From NCBI GenBank assembly GCA_026770705.1, contig JANJGN010000016.1:88040001-88104000 (forward strand): a stretch of DNA of 64,000 bases, given 5' to 3'. Positions within the stretch are counted from its first letter, which is position 1, and every line of letters starts with the position of its first letter. The position numbers were made by a program, and so were the translations under genes. This stretch comes from Isurus oxyrinchus. Taxonomy: Eukaryota. Of the stretch, positions 9,690-20,200 are shown in pieces. A model generated the notes under the pieces. That model was not told the DNA's origin. It was given only the letters and a program-made list of their open reading frames with translations, and made no database searches.

Positions 9690-10037
9690 AGCTCCACCCT
9701 CCCCAAGTGGGCTCATTCCTCCAAGTGACGTGAGCACATAATCCAGGCTGAGACTCCAGTGCGGTATTGAGGGAGGGCAGCACTGTCAGAGGAGCCGTCT
9801 TTCAGATGAGACAAACTGAGGTCTGCCCTCTCAGTGGGATGTAAAAGTTCCCATGGCGCTGTGAGAAGAAGAGCAGGGGAGTTCTTGCGCATTTTCTGTT
9901 TAGTATTTATCTCTCAAAGAACATCACAAAAAAACCTGACTTTCTGGCCATCATCACTCTACTGACTGGGATCTTACTGTGTACAGTTAGCTGTAAAAAT
10001 CCTGAGATGATGACTGGTGCTATAGAAATGCAAGTAT
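9690..10037 (+). mobile_element. Deu-domain SINE (SacSINE1-like) in the J-C intron
   Basis: gagcacataatccaggctgagactccagtgc...gtaaaagttcccatggc...gaagaagagcaggggagtt...gctatagaaatgcaagt matches my recollection of this shark SINE consensus. Confidence 0.8.
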
Positions 10038-10439
10038 TGAGACTGAAGGTTCCTAATCCTGACCCTCGCACTCACACTTTCCATGGTTCATGGTGTCATT
10101 CGGAGTCGTGACCTTGTCTGACCCCCAGACCCTGAGACTAATTGTAGCCTCACCCTTGACCTCTCTCCAGTGCTGGGTGGCAAGGTTTGAAATGAAATCT
10201 AGAATCTTCTATACTGAGACCCAATCTGAATCCTTTCTGAAGTGGGTTGATCCAAGTGTGCTCCAACATCCTGGGATAAAGTTCTCTCGATGTGTGTGTG
10301 ATCTGAGGATTGTTAATGTGAACCTGTTTCCTCGGACAGGCTGATCAATAGTCAGAGCTTCCTGACAGCTTAACAGTGTCTTAGAGGGACACTGAGTCTT
10401 TAAACACTCTTACTATTAACCATTTCAGTGCTGAATTTG

Positions 10440-11815
10440 TGGTAACCCTCTTTACAAATGTCTAAGTAACAGCCCAATATGATTTAACCAGCTTAACATC
10501 AAACCTTTACCTCCTGCCACTCAACCAATTTGAAACACAACTTGCTCCTTTCCCTGGCATCCAATGAGTTTTAACTTTCTGACCAGTCTGTCCATGTCAG
10601 AAGTCTTGCTAAAATCCACATCGATTACATCAAACTCGCTATCGTTGTCAACCCTTCTTGTTACCTCCTCATGATGATGAGAATTTCTCTTAGAAAGATT
10701 TCTGACATTTGCCCACCACTGAGGTTAGAGTGACTGGTCTGTAATTTCTCAGTCTATCCCTTCCTCCCTTTTTAAACAACATTATCAGTCCTCCAGCCCT
10801 CTGTAACCACACCCCTATCCAGAGAGGATTGGGAAATAATGGTCAGAGCCTCTGCTATTTCTTCCCTTGTTTCCTTTCCTGCCTGGGATACAATTCATCC
10901 GGGTCTGGGGATTTATCCACTTTCCAAGATGCTGAACACATTAATATCTCCTCTCTCACGATGTTTATCCCATCCAATATTTCACAATTCTGCTCCTCCT
11001 CAACTAGAATGTCCGCGTTGTCCCTCTCTTGTGTGAAAACAGATGTAAATTATTCATTCAGAACCATCTATGTGCTTCCAACCCCACCCCCTCCCCCCCA
11101 ATACAGAGAGTGAGTGAGACGGAGGGAGGGAGAGAGAGGGAGAGTGAGAGGGAGAGAGAGAGGGAGAGAGAGAGAAGGAAAGAGAGAGAGAGTCAGAGAG
11201 TAAGGAGGAGAGAGAAGGAGGGAAAGAGGGGGAGAGGGAGGGAGAGAGAGGGAGAGTGTGACAGAGATACAGAGAGAGAGAGTGGGTGAGAAAGAGATAC
11301 AGGGGGAGACAGAAAGAGTGACAGAGAGTGAGTGACAGAGATCTATTTTTTGGTCTCCAATTGGCCTTACTCAATCTTTAGTTATCCTCTTGCAATGTCC
11401 CACGCTATTTCTTTGTGTGAAGATATTTGTTCTGAGCCCATTTTATATCTTTCCTGAATGTTTCCCATTGCTCTGACACTGATTTATCTTCAGGTTTCTG
11501 TTTCCTGTCCATTTTGGCAAATTGGCCTTTCCCTAATGTACAAATTTTACACTTTACCTTTTTCCATAACTGCTCTAAACCTAACTGAATTATGATCACT
11601 ATTACCCAAATACTCTCCCACTGATACACCTTCCACCTGGCCAGATTCATTCCCTGAAATTGTCTAAAACTGCCCCTTCTCTTGCTGAGTTTGTTATGTT
11701 CTGCCGAAAAAAAATCACCTGGATGGATTATAAGAATTTTGCATCATCTAAACATTTACACAGATTTCATCCCAGTTAATATTCGGGAAGTTGAAATTCA
11801 TTATAATGACAGTGA
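10440..11815 (-). mobile_element. Decayed antisense CR1 ORF2 fragments, split by a (GA)n tract at ~11105-11340
   Basis: Reverse complements of CR1-type motifs (VDV..VDF.KTSD; NYRPVTLTSVVGK at ~10710-10750; tcatccgggtctgggga at ~10895). Confidence 0.65.
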
Positions 11816-11841
11816 TTAAACTTCCTTCTCTTCCATTTCAG

Positions 11842-12170
11842 GCAGAGAGAAGTCACCACCCACACTGACCCTGCTGCCCCCCTCCCCAGAGGAGGTCAAG
11901 ACCAAGGGCACTGCCACCCTGGTGTGCCTTGCCAATCACTTCTATCCCGATGAGGTGAAGGTGGAGTGGAAGAAGGACGGTGCAGCCATTTCGGACGGGG
12001 TTCAGACCAGCAACTACCTGCGAGCTTCAGACAGCACCTACAGCGTCAGCAGCCTGCTGACCCTCTCTGGCTCCGGCTGGGAGTCCAACGCCAGCTTCTC
12101 CTGTGTCGTCACCCACGAGAGTCTTTCCTCTCCCCTCAGCAAGAGCATCAGGAGATCAGAATGTGCGTAG
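11842..12170 (+). CDS. IGKC: Ig kappa-type light chain constant exon: (S)REKSPPTLTLLPPSPEEVKTKGTATLVCLANHFYPDEVKVEWKKDG...YSVSSLLTLSGSGWESNASFSCVVTHESLSSPLSKSIRRSECA*
   Basis: Polypyrimidine acceptor cttccttctcttccatttcag ending 11841, phase-1 compatible with J; C1-set motifs (ATLVCL, FYP, VEW, YS.SS.L, FSC.VTH); penultimate Cys for the H-L bond; TAG ends at 12170. Confidence 0.98.
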
Positions 12171-12326
12171 AGTGTTAGAGACAGTCCACAGAGGAGATAC
12201 AACTTTAAATAGAACAGGGGTGAGCTGGGAGGGCAAAGGTCATTGTCAGCACCAAATTACAACTCTCTTCCTTCTCAAGACTGGCTCTGAGACACTTTTG
12301 AGGGTCAGGGGTTAACGCACGTTATT

Positions 12327-12814
12327 GGGACAGTGTACAGGGAGCTTTACTCTGTATCTAACCCCGTGCTGTACCTGCCCTGGGAGTGTTTGATGGGACA
12401 GTGTAGAGGGAGCTTTACTCTGTATCTAACCCCATGCTGTACCTGTCCTGGGAGTGTTTGTTGGGGACAGTGTAGAGGGAGCTTTATTCTGTATCTAACA
12501 CTGTGCTGTACCTGTGCTGGGAGTGTTTGATGGGGACTGTGTAGAGGGACCTTTACTCTGTATCTAACCCCGTGCTGTACCTGCCTTGGGAGTGTTTGAT
12601 GGGGACAGTGTAGAGGGATCTTTACTCTGTATCTAACCCCGTGCTGTACCTGTCCTGGGAGTGTTTGATGGGGACAGTGTAGAGGGACCTTTACTCTGTA
12701 TCTAACCCCGTGCTGTACCTGTCCTGGGAGTGTTTGATGGGGACAGTGTAGAGGGACCTTTACTCTGTATCTAGCCCCCTGCAGCACCTGTCCTGGGAGT
12801 GTTTGATGGGACAG
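12327..12814. repeat. 69-bp minisatellite, about 7 copies, within the predicted 3' UTR
   Basis: GGGGACAGTGTAGAGGGACCTTTACTCTGTATCTAACCCCGTGCTGTACCTGTCCTGGGAGTGTTTGAT unit (23-aa periodicity in the ORF track). Confidence 0.95.
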
Positions 12815-13013
12815 TTTAATCTCGTGACGCTAAGTAAAACCTCTCTAAGATGCTGAAGACTGTCAGCTGTACAAAAATAATGTGACCCTCCGAAGTGTCT
12901 GCTTCAGTAAACCAGACCCCTTCCTGCTCACCCTGCAGTTACAATTTAAGGTTTAGTCACTGTTTAAAGGGACAGGATTCTCATGTTCTGGAGAAAATCT
13001 CCACAAGCGTTTT

Positions 13014-13150
13014 AATAAACCTCCATTCTCCCTGTGAATTTCTCCAGCTTCCTCTGGCTGGGCTGTTTATTCAAGTCTTTTTTCTGTAAATGTCAATGTG
13101 TAAAAGGTAATAAACATTAAGAATATTCAGTCTCTGTCTGGTGAGTGCTT
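13014..13150 (+). terminator. Polyadenylation signals AATAAA at 13014-13019 and 13109-13114 with a downstream GT/T-rich element
   Basis: First canonical hexamers after the C stop; tctctgtctggtgagtgcttt follows the distal one. Confidence 0.7.
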
Positions 13151-13429
13151 TGGAAATGTCCCACCTCCCCATCAGCTGATTGGCTGCCTTTCAGCAAGTG
13201 CTTGTCCTGATTGGCTGGCTGGCCTGTCAATCAATGACACATCAACAGAAGATTTGATTCAAAGCCAGCTATCAATCATTTTAAAATGATCAGTTTTATC
13301 CTGAATCTCTTGAATTTACAAGATTAAAAACAGAAAAGAAACTGGAAGTTGCTGGGATTAAATCATCACAACCACAATTAAGTCAGGAGTGCAAACTGTA
13401 GCCAGTCCAGGAGATGTGCTCTCAGGCCC

Positions 13430-13760
13430 TGTGCTACTTTTACACTCGATCCTGTTGCAATAACCACCAACATTCCATCTACCTTCCGAATCACTTGCTG
13501 CATCTGCAAACCGACTTTTTGTGATTCATGCACCAGGACACCCAGATCCCTCTGGATCGCAGAGTTCTGCAGCCTCGTTCCATTCAAATAATTTACTGCT
13601 TTTCTATTCTTCCTACCAAGCGGACAATACACATTCTCCCACATTATTCCCCACCTGCCAAATATTTCCCCACTCGCTTAACCGATCTAAATCCCTTTAT
13701 TGGCCCATTCTGTCCTCTTGACAACTTACTTTCCAAGCAATATTTCTGTCATCAACAAGT
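13430..13760 (-). mobile_element. CR1 ORF2 fragment, inverted homolog of 6900-7155
   Basis: Minus translation LGRKNRKAVNYLNG.RLQNSAIQRDLGVLVHESQKVGLQMQQVIRK. Confidence 0.9.
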
Positions 13761-13764
13761 CTAT

Positions 13765-14235
13765 TTATTTTTTATTCATTTATGGCTTGTGGGTGTCGCT
13801 GACTAGGTCAGCATCTATTGCCCATCCCTAATTGCCCTTGAGAATGTGGTGGTGAGCTGCCTTCTTGAATCATGCTGTCCACGTGGTGTAGGTACACCCA
13901 CAGTGCTGTTAGGGAGGGAGTTCTAGGATTTTGACCCAGAGACAGTGAAGGAACAACGATATATTTCCAAATCAGGATGGTGAGTGTCTTGTAGGGGAAC
14001 TTCCAGGTCGTGGTTTTCCCACCTACCTGCTGCCCTTGTCCTTCTAGATATCGGTAGTCGTGGGTTTGGAAGGTGCTGTCTAAGGAGACTTGGTGTGTTT
14101 CCGCATTGCATCGTGTAGATGGTACACACTGCTGCCACTGTGTGTCGGTAGTGGAGGGAGTGAATGTTTGTGGATGTGGTGCCAATCAAGTGGGCTGTTT
14201 TGTCCTGGATTGTGTCAAGCTTCTTGAGTGTTGTA
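13765..14235 (-). mobile_element. 3' end of a CR1/L2-group LINE, truncated by the G-rich array
   Basis: Minus translation [44 protein letters not shown]; tail aagggcaattagggatgggcaata; homologous to 53420-53950. Confidence 0.85.
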
Positions 14236-14239
14236 GGGG

Positions 14240-17200
14240 GTGGAGGGGTGGGGGTGGGTGATGCCATGGGTGGAGGTGGAGGGTGATGCCGGGGTTGGGG
14301 GCGTGGGTGATGCCGGGGGTGGGGGGGGGTGGGTGATGTTGGAGTTTGGGGGTGTGGGTGATGCTGCCGGTGGGAGGGTGAATGATGCCGGGGGTAGCGT
14401 GATGGGTGATGCTGGGGTTGAGGTGCTGGGTGATGCCGGGGGTGGGGGAGAGGGTGATGCCGGGGGTGGGAGTGGGAGTGGGGGACAGGGTGTGGGTGAT
14501 GCCGGGGGTGGGGCACAGGGTGATGCCGGGGGTGGGGGTGGGAGTGGAGGACGGGGTGTGGGTGATGCCGGGGGTGGGGGAGAGGGTGATGCCGGGGGTG
14601 GGGGTGGGAGTGGGGGACGGGGTGTGGGTGATGCCGGGGGTGCGGGAGTGAGTGATGCTGGGGGTGTGGGAGGTGGGTGATGCTGGGGGTGCGGGGTGGT
14701 TGATGTCGGCGATAGGGGGGGTGGGTGGTTGATGTTGGGGGTGGCGTGATGGGTGATGCTGAGGTAGAGGGGGTGAGTGATGCCAGGGATGGGGGAGTGT
14801 TTAATGCCGGAGCCGGAGGGGTGGAGGCCGGGTGGGTGGTAGTGGGTGATGCCGGGGTGATGCCGGGGGTGGGGTTTGAGTGATGCCGGGTGTGACGTGA
14901 TGGGTGATGCCGGGGGTGAAGGGGTGTGTGATGCCGGGGTAGTGGGCGTGGGTGATGCCGGGGGTGAGGGAGAGGGTAATGCCAGATGTGGGTGTGTGCA
15001 TGATGCCGGTGGTGGGGGTTGGGTGATGCCGGGGTGGGTGGGTGGGTGATGCCGGGGATGAGGCGGTGGGTAATGCCGGGTGTAGCATAATGGGTGATGC
15101 CAGGGGTGGGGGCATGGTTGACGCCAGGTGATGCCGGGGGTGGGGGGGTGGGTGATGCCAGGGTGAAGGGCGTGGATGATGCCTGGGGTAGGGATGGTGG
15201 GTGATGCAGGGGGTGGAGAAATGTGTGATGTTCTGGGTGGTGGGGTGGGTGATGCCGAGCGTGAGGGTGTGTGTGATGCTGAGGGTGGGGGTTGGTTGAT
15301 GCCTGGAATGGGGGCCTGGGTGATGCAGGGGTGGGAGAGTGAGAAATGCCAGAGCTGGGGGTTGGGTGGTGCCAGGGCTGGAGGGTGAGGGACCCATGGG
15401 TGGGGGATTGGGTGATGCTGGGTTGAGGGAGAGGGTAATGCCGGATGGTGGGGGGCTGGGAGAAGCCGGGGATGGGGGAGTGTGTGATGCCGGGCGTGAC
15501 AGGGTGGTGATGCCGGGGTAGGGGGTGAGGGTGATGCCGGAGTGTGGGTGGGGGTTGTGGGTGATGCCAGTGTTGGCAGTGTGGGTGTTACTGGGGGTGG
15601 GGGTGGTGGGTGATGCCGGGGGTGGTGGGGTGGATGATGCCGGGAGTGGTGGGTGAGGGTAATGCCCGTGTTGGGTGTGTGGGTGTTGCTGGGGGTGAGG
15701 GGGCAGGTGATACCGGGGGTGGGGGAATAGGGGATGCCGGGGGTTGGTGGGCTTGGGTGATGCCGGGCGTGGGGGCGCGGATGATGCCGGGGGTGGGGGT
15801 GGGGTTTGTGGGTGATATCAGGGGTGTTAGGGTGGGTGATGCCAGTGTTGGGGGTGTGGATGCAGCTGAGGGATGGGCTGGTGGGTGATGCCGGGGGTAG
15901 AGGGGGGAGGAGAATGCCGGGGATGGGGGTTGTGGGTTGTCGGGGGTGGGAAGGATGGTCGATGCCATGGGTGGGGGGTGGGTGATGCCGGGGTTGAGGG
16001 GGTGGGTGATGCCTGGGGTGGCGTGGTAGTCTTTGCCGGCTATGGGAGGGGTGGGTGATGCCATGGTTGAGGTTTGGGTGATGCCAGGTGTGAAGGGGTG
16101 GTTGATGCCTGAGGTGGGGGCGTGGGTGAGGCCATGGGTGGGGGAGTTGGGTGATGCCGGTGGTGGGCGTGTTGATGATGCAGAGGTTGGGGGTGTGGCT
16201 GATGCCATGGTTGGGGGGGGTGGGTGATGCTTGGGATGGGGGGGGTGGGGGAATAGGTGATGTCGAGTGTGGAGGGAGTGGGTGGTGCCGGGGGTGAGGG
16301 GGTGAGTGATGCCGGGGGTGAGGGTGCGGATGTTGCTGCGGGTGGGGTGCCAGGTGATGCCCAAAGTGGGGTGGGTAAAGCCTGCGGTGGGTGATGCCAG
16401 GGTTGGGGCCTGCGTGGTGCTGGGTTTGGGGGGCGTTGTTGATTCCGGGGATGGGGTGGGTGGATGGTGGTGCGGGTGGGGGGGGTGTGGATGATGCCGG
16501 GGATGGGAGGGGTGGGTGATGCCATGAATGGGGGGGTGGGGGATGCCGTGAGTGGAGGGGTGGGTGATGCTAAGGTTGGGGGTTGATTGATGCCGGGGGT
16601 GGGGGGCTGGGTGATGCCGGTGGTGGGGGTGTGGGTGATGCAGGGGATGGGGTGGTTGGTGATGCCATGGGTGGGGCAGTGGGTAATGCCGGGGGTGGAG
16701 GATGTTGGTGATGCCAGGGTTGGGGGAATAGGTGATGTTGGGGGTGTTGGGATGGGTGATGCCAGGTGTGAGGGGGTGTGTGATGCCGGGGTTGTGGGCG
16801 TGAGTGACGCCTGGGGTCGGGTTGGGCGATGCTGAGGGTGGGGGTTGGTTGATGCCTAGGATGGGGGCCTAGGTGATGCCGGGGGGTGGGGGAATGTGAA
16901 ATGCCAGAGGTGGGGGTGTGGGTGATGCCGGGGCTGGTGGTGTGGGTGATGCCGGGAGCGTGTGATGCCAGTGTTGGCGGTGTGGGTGTTGCTGGGGGTG
17001 GGGGTGGTGGGTGATGCCAGGGTTGGTGGGGTCGATGATGCCGGGAGTGGTGGGTGAGGGTAATGCCCGTGCTGGGGGTGTGGGTGTTGCTGGGGGTGAG
17101 GGGGCATGTGATACCGGGGGTGGGGGAATAGGGGGTGCTGGGGGGGTGGGGGGATTGGATGATGCTGGGGGTGGGGGCTGAGGGACCCATGGGTGGGGGA

Positions 17201-20200
17201 TTGGGTGATGCTCAGTTGAGGGAGTGGGTAATCCGGAGTGTGGGGGGCTGGGTGATGCCGGGGTACGGGGTGTGGGTGATGCTGGGAGTGGGGGGTGTGG
17301 GTAATGCCCGTGTTGGGCGTTGGGTGTTGCTGGAGATGAGGGGGCAGGTGATACCATGGGTGGGAGTGCTGGGTGATGCCGAGAGTGCTGGAGTGGGTGA
17401 TGCCGGGGGTTGGGGTGGGTGATGCCGGGGGTGACGTGATGGGTGATGCTGGGGTTGAGGAGGTTGGTGATGCCGGGGTGAAGGGCATGGGTGATGCCTG
17501 GGGTAGGGTGGTGGGTGATGCCGGGTGTGGGATGGTGGGTGATGCCAGGGGTGGTGAATAGGTGATGCCGAGGGTGGGGGGGGGGTGGGTGATGCCGGGC
17601 GTGAGGGGGTGTGTGATGCCGGGGTTGTGAGCGTGGTTGATGCCTGGGATGGGGGCCTGGGTGATGCCGGGTGTGGGGTGTGGGTGATGCCGTGGGTGGG
17701 GGGCCAGTTGATGCCGGGGTGGGGGGGTGGGTAATACCAGAGGTGGGAGTGTGGGTGATGCCGGTGGTGGAGGTTGGGTGATGCCGTGGGTGGGGGTTGG
17801 CTGATGCTGGGAGTGGGGTGGTGGGTGATGCCGCGGGTGGGGGTTGGCTGATGCTGGGGGTGGAGGTGAGGGACACATGGGTGGGGGGTTGGTTGATGCT
17901 GGGGTTGAGGGACTCGGTAATGATGGAGGTGGGGGTGTGGATGATGCCGGGGGTGGGGGAGTGGGTGGTGCCGGGAGTGAAGGGGTCGTGATACCGGGGT
18001 AGGGAGTGTGGGTGTTGCCATGGGTGGGGGAGTGGTTGCTGCTGGGGTTACGGTGGTGGTGATGCCGGGTGTAGCATGTTGGGTGATGCCAGGGGTGGTT
18101 GTGGTGGGTGATGCCGGGGGTGGGGGCACGGATGTTGCCGTGGGTGGGGTGCCAGGTGGTGTCGAGAGTGGGTAATGCCTGGGGTGGGTGTTGCCAGGGT
18201 TGGGGACTGTGTGGTGCTGGGTGTGGGTGGGGGGTGGTTGATTCGGGAGACGGGTGTATGGATGGTGGTGCGGGTGGGGGGGTGGTGTGGATGATGCCGG
18301 GTGTATGGAGGTGGGTGCTGCCGGGGATGGTGTGGTAAGTGATGCCATGGGTGGGGTGTGGGCGTTGCAGGGGATAGGGGCGAGTGCGTGATGCCGTGGG
18401 TGGGGGGGGTGTGGGTGATGCCGGGGGTGGAGGAGGTTGTTGATGCCGGGGGAGGGGCAATAGGTGATGTCGGGGGTGTTGTGGAGGGTGATGCCAGGCG
18501 TCAGGGGGTGTGTGATGCCAGGATTGTGGGCGTGAGTGATGCCTGGGGTAGGGGTTGGGCGATGTCGAGGGTGGGGGTTGGTTGATGCCTAGGATGGGGG
18601 CCTAGGTGATGCCGGGTGTGGGGGAGTGTGAAATGCCAGAGGTGGGGGTGTGGGTGATGCCGGGGCTGGGGGCCTGTATTATGCCAGGAGTGCGGAAGTG
18701 GGTAATACCAGAGCTGGGGGTGTGGGTGATGCCGGTGGTGGTGGTTGGGTGACGCCACGCGTGGGGTTTGGCTGATGCCGGGGGTGGGGGTGAGGGACCC
18801 ATGGGTGAGGGGTTGGGTGAAACTGGGGGTGAGGGAGTGGGTAATGCCGGAGGTGAGGGGCTGGGAGATACCGGGGATGGGGGAGTGGGTGATGCTGGGC
18901 ATGTGGGGATGGTGATGCCGGGGTAGGGGTTGTGGGTGATGCCAGGAGTTGGATTGGGGTTTGTGGGTGATGCCGGGGGTGGTGGTGTGGGTGATGCCAG
19001 CAGTGGGTGGTGCCATTGTTGGCAGTTTGGGTGTTGCTGGGAGTGGGGTTGGTGGGTGATGGCGGGTTAGTGGGATGGGTGATGCCCGGAGTGGGGTGTA
19101 TGGGTGATACCACTGTTGGCAGCGTAGGTGTTGCTGGGGGTGAGGTGGGACGTGATACCGGGAGTGGGGGTGCTGGGTGATGCCGGGGTTGGGCAAGTGG
19201 GTGATGCTGGGGGTGGGGGAATAGGTGAAGTTGGGTGTGGGGGGGGTTGGCTGGTGCCGGTGGTGAGGGGGTGGGTGATGCCGGGAGTTAGAGGGAGTGT
19301 GATGTCTGGGGTAGGGGGAGGGTAATGCTGGGGCTGGGTGATGGCAGGGTTGGTGGAGTGGTTGTTGTTGGCAGTAAGGGGGTGGGTGATGCTGGAGGTG
19401 GGGGTGGGGGTGGTAGGTGATGCTGGGGGTGGGTGTTGCTGGCGGTGAGGGTGTGGGTGATGCTAGGGGTGATGCCGGGGGTGGGTGTTGGCACGGTTGG
19501 AGGGGTGGGTGATGCTGGGGGTGGGGGTGGGGGGGGTGGATGATGCCGGGTGTGGGAGACGTGTGATGCTGGGGAGGTGGTTTGTTGCGTGAAGCCGCGG
19601 TTGGGGGTAGTTCGTGTTGCCGGGGGTGATGGGTGTGTGTGATGCCGGGTGTGGGTGATGACGGGGCTTGGGGGGGTTGGTGATGCCGGGGGTGGTGGGG
19701 TGGCTGATGCCCGGAGTGGGGGCAGTGGGTGATGCCAGTGTTGGGGTTGGGATGGTGAGTAATGTCATTGGTGGGGGCATGGGTGATGCAGGGGGTGAGG
19801 GGGAGTGTGATGCCGGGGGCAGGGGTGTGGGTGATGGCGGTGGTCGGGGTATGGGAGATGGAGGGGATGGGGCGGTGGGTGATGCCAGGGTTTTGTGGGG
19901 TGGCTGATGCCGGGAGTGAGGTTGTGGGTGATGCCGGAGTTAGGGGTTGGGTGATGCCATGGGTTGGGGGGTGGGTGTTGCAGGGGGTGGGGGGGTGGGT
20001 GGGTGATGCCATGGGTGGGGGCGTGGGTGATGCTGGGGATGGGGGGGTGGGTGATGCCGGTGGTAGCATGATGGTTGATGCCGGAGTTGAGGGGGTGGGT
20101 GATGCCGGGGGGTGGAGTGCGTTGGTGATGCCGGTAGTGGGGGAGTGGGTGTTGCCGGGGATGGGGTGTGTGTGATGCCAGGTGTGACGTGATGGGTGTT

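Noticed and set aside
11737-11744. TTTTGCAT near the C acceptor as an intronic octamer enhancer
   Set aside because: Imperfect match inside a decayed CR1 region with no supporting motif cluster.
12327-12814. CRISPR-like array or RSS array (ACAGTG in each unit; CACTGTG at 12499)
   Set aside because: Head-to-tail repeats without unique spacers in a vertebrate context; no acceptable nonamer at 12 or 23 spacing.
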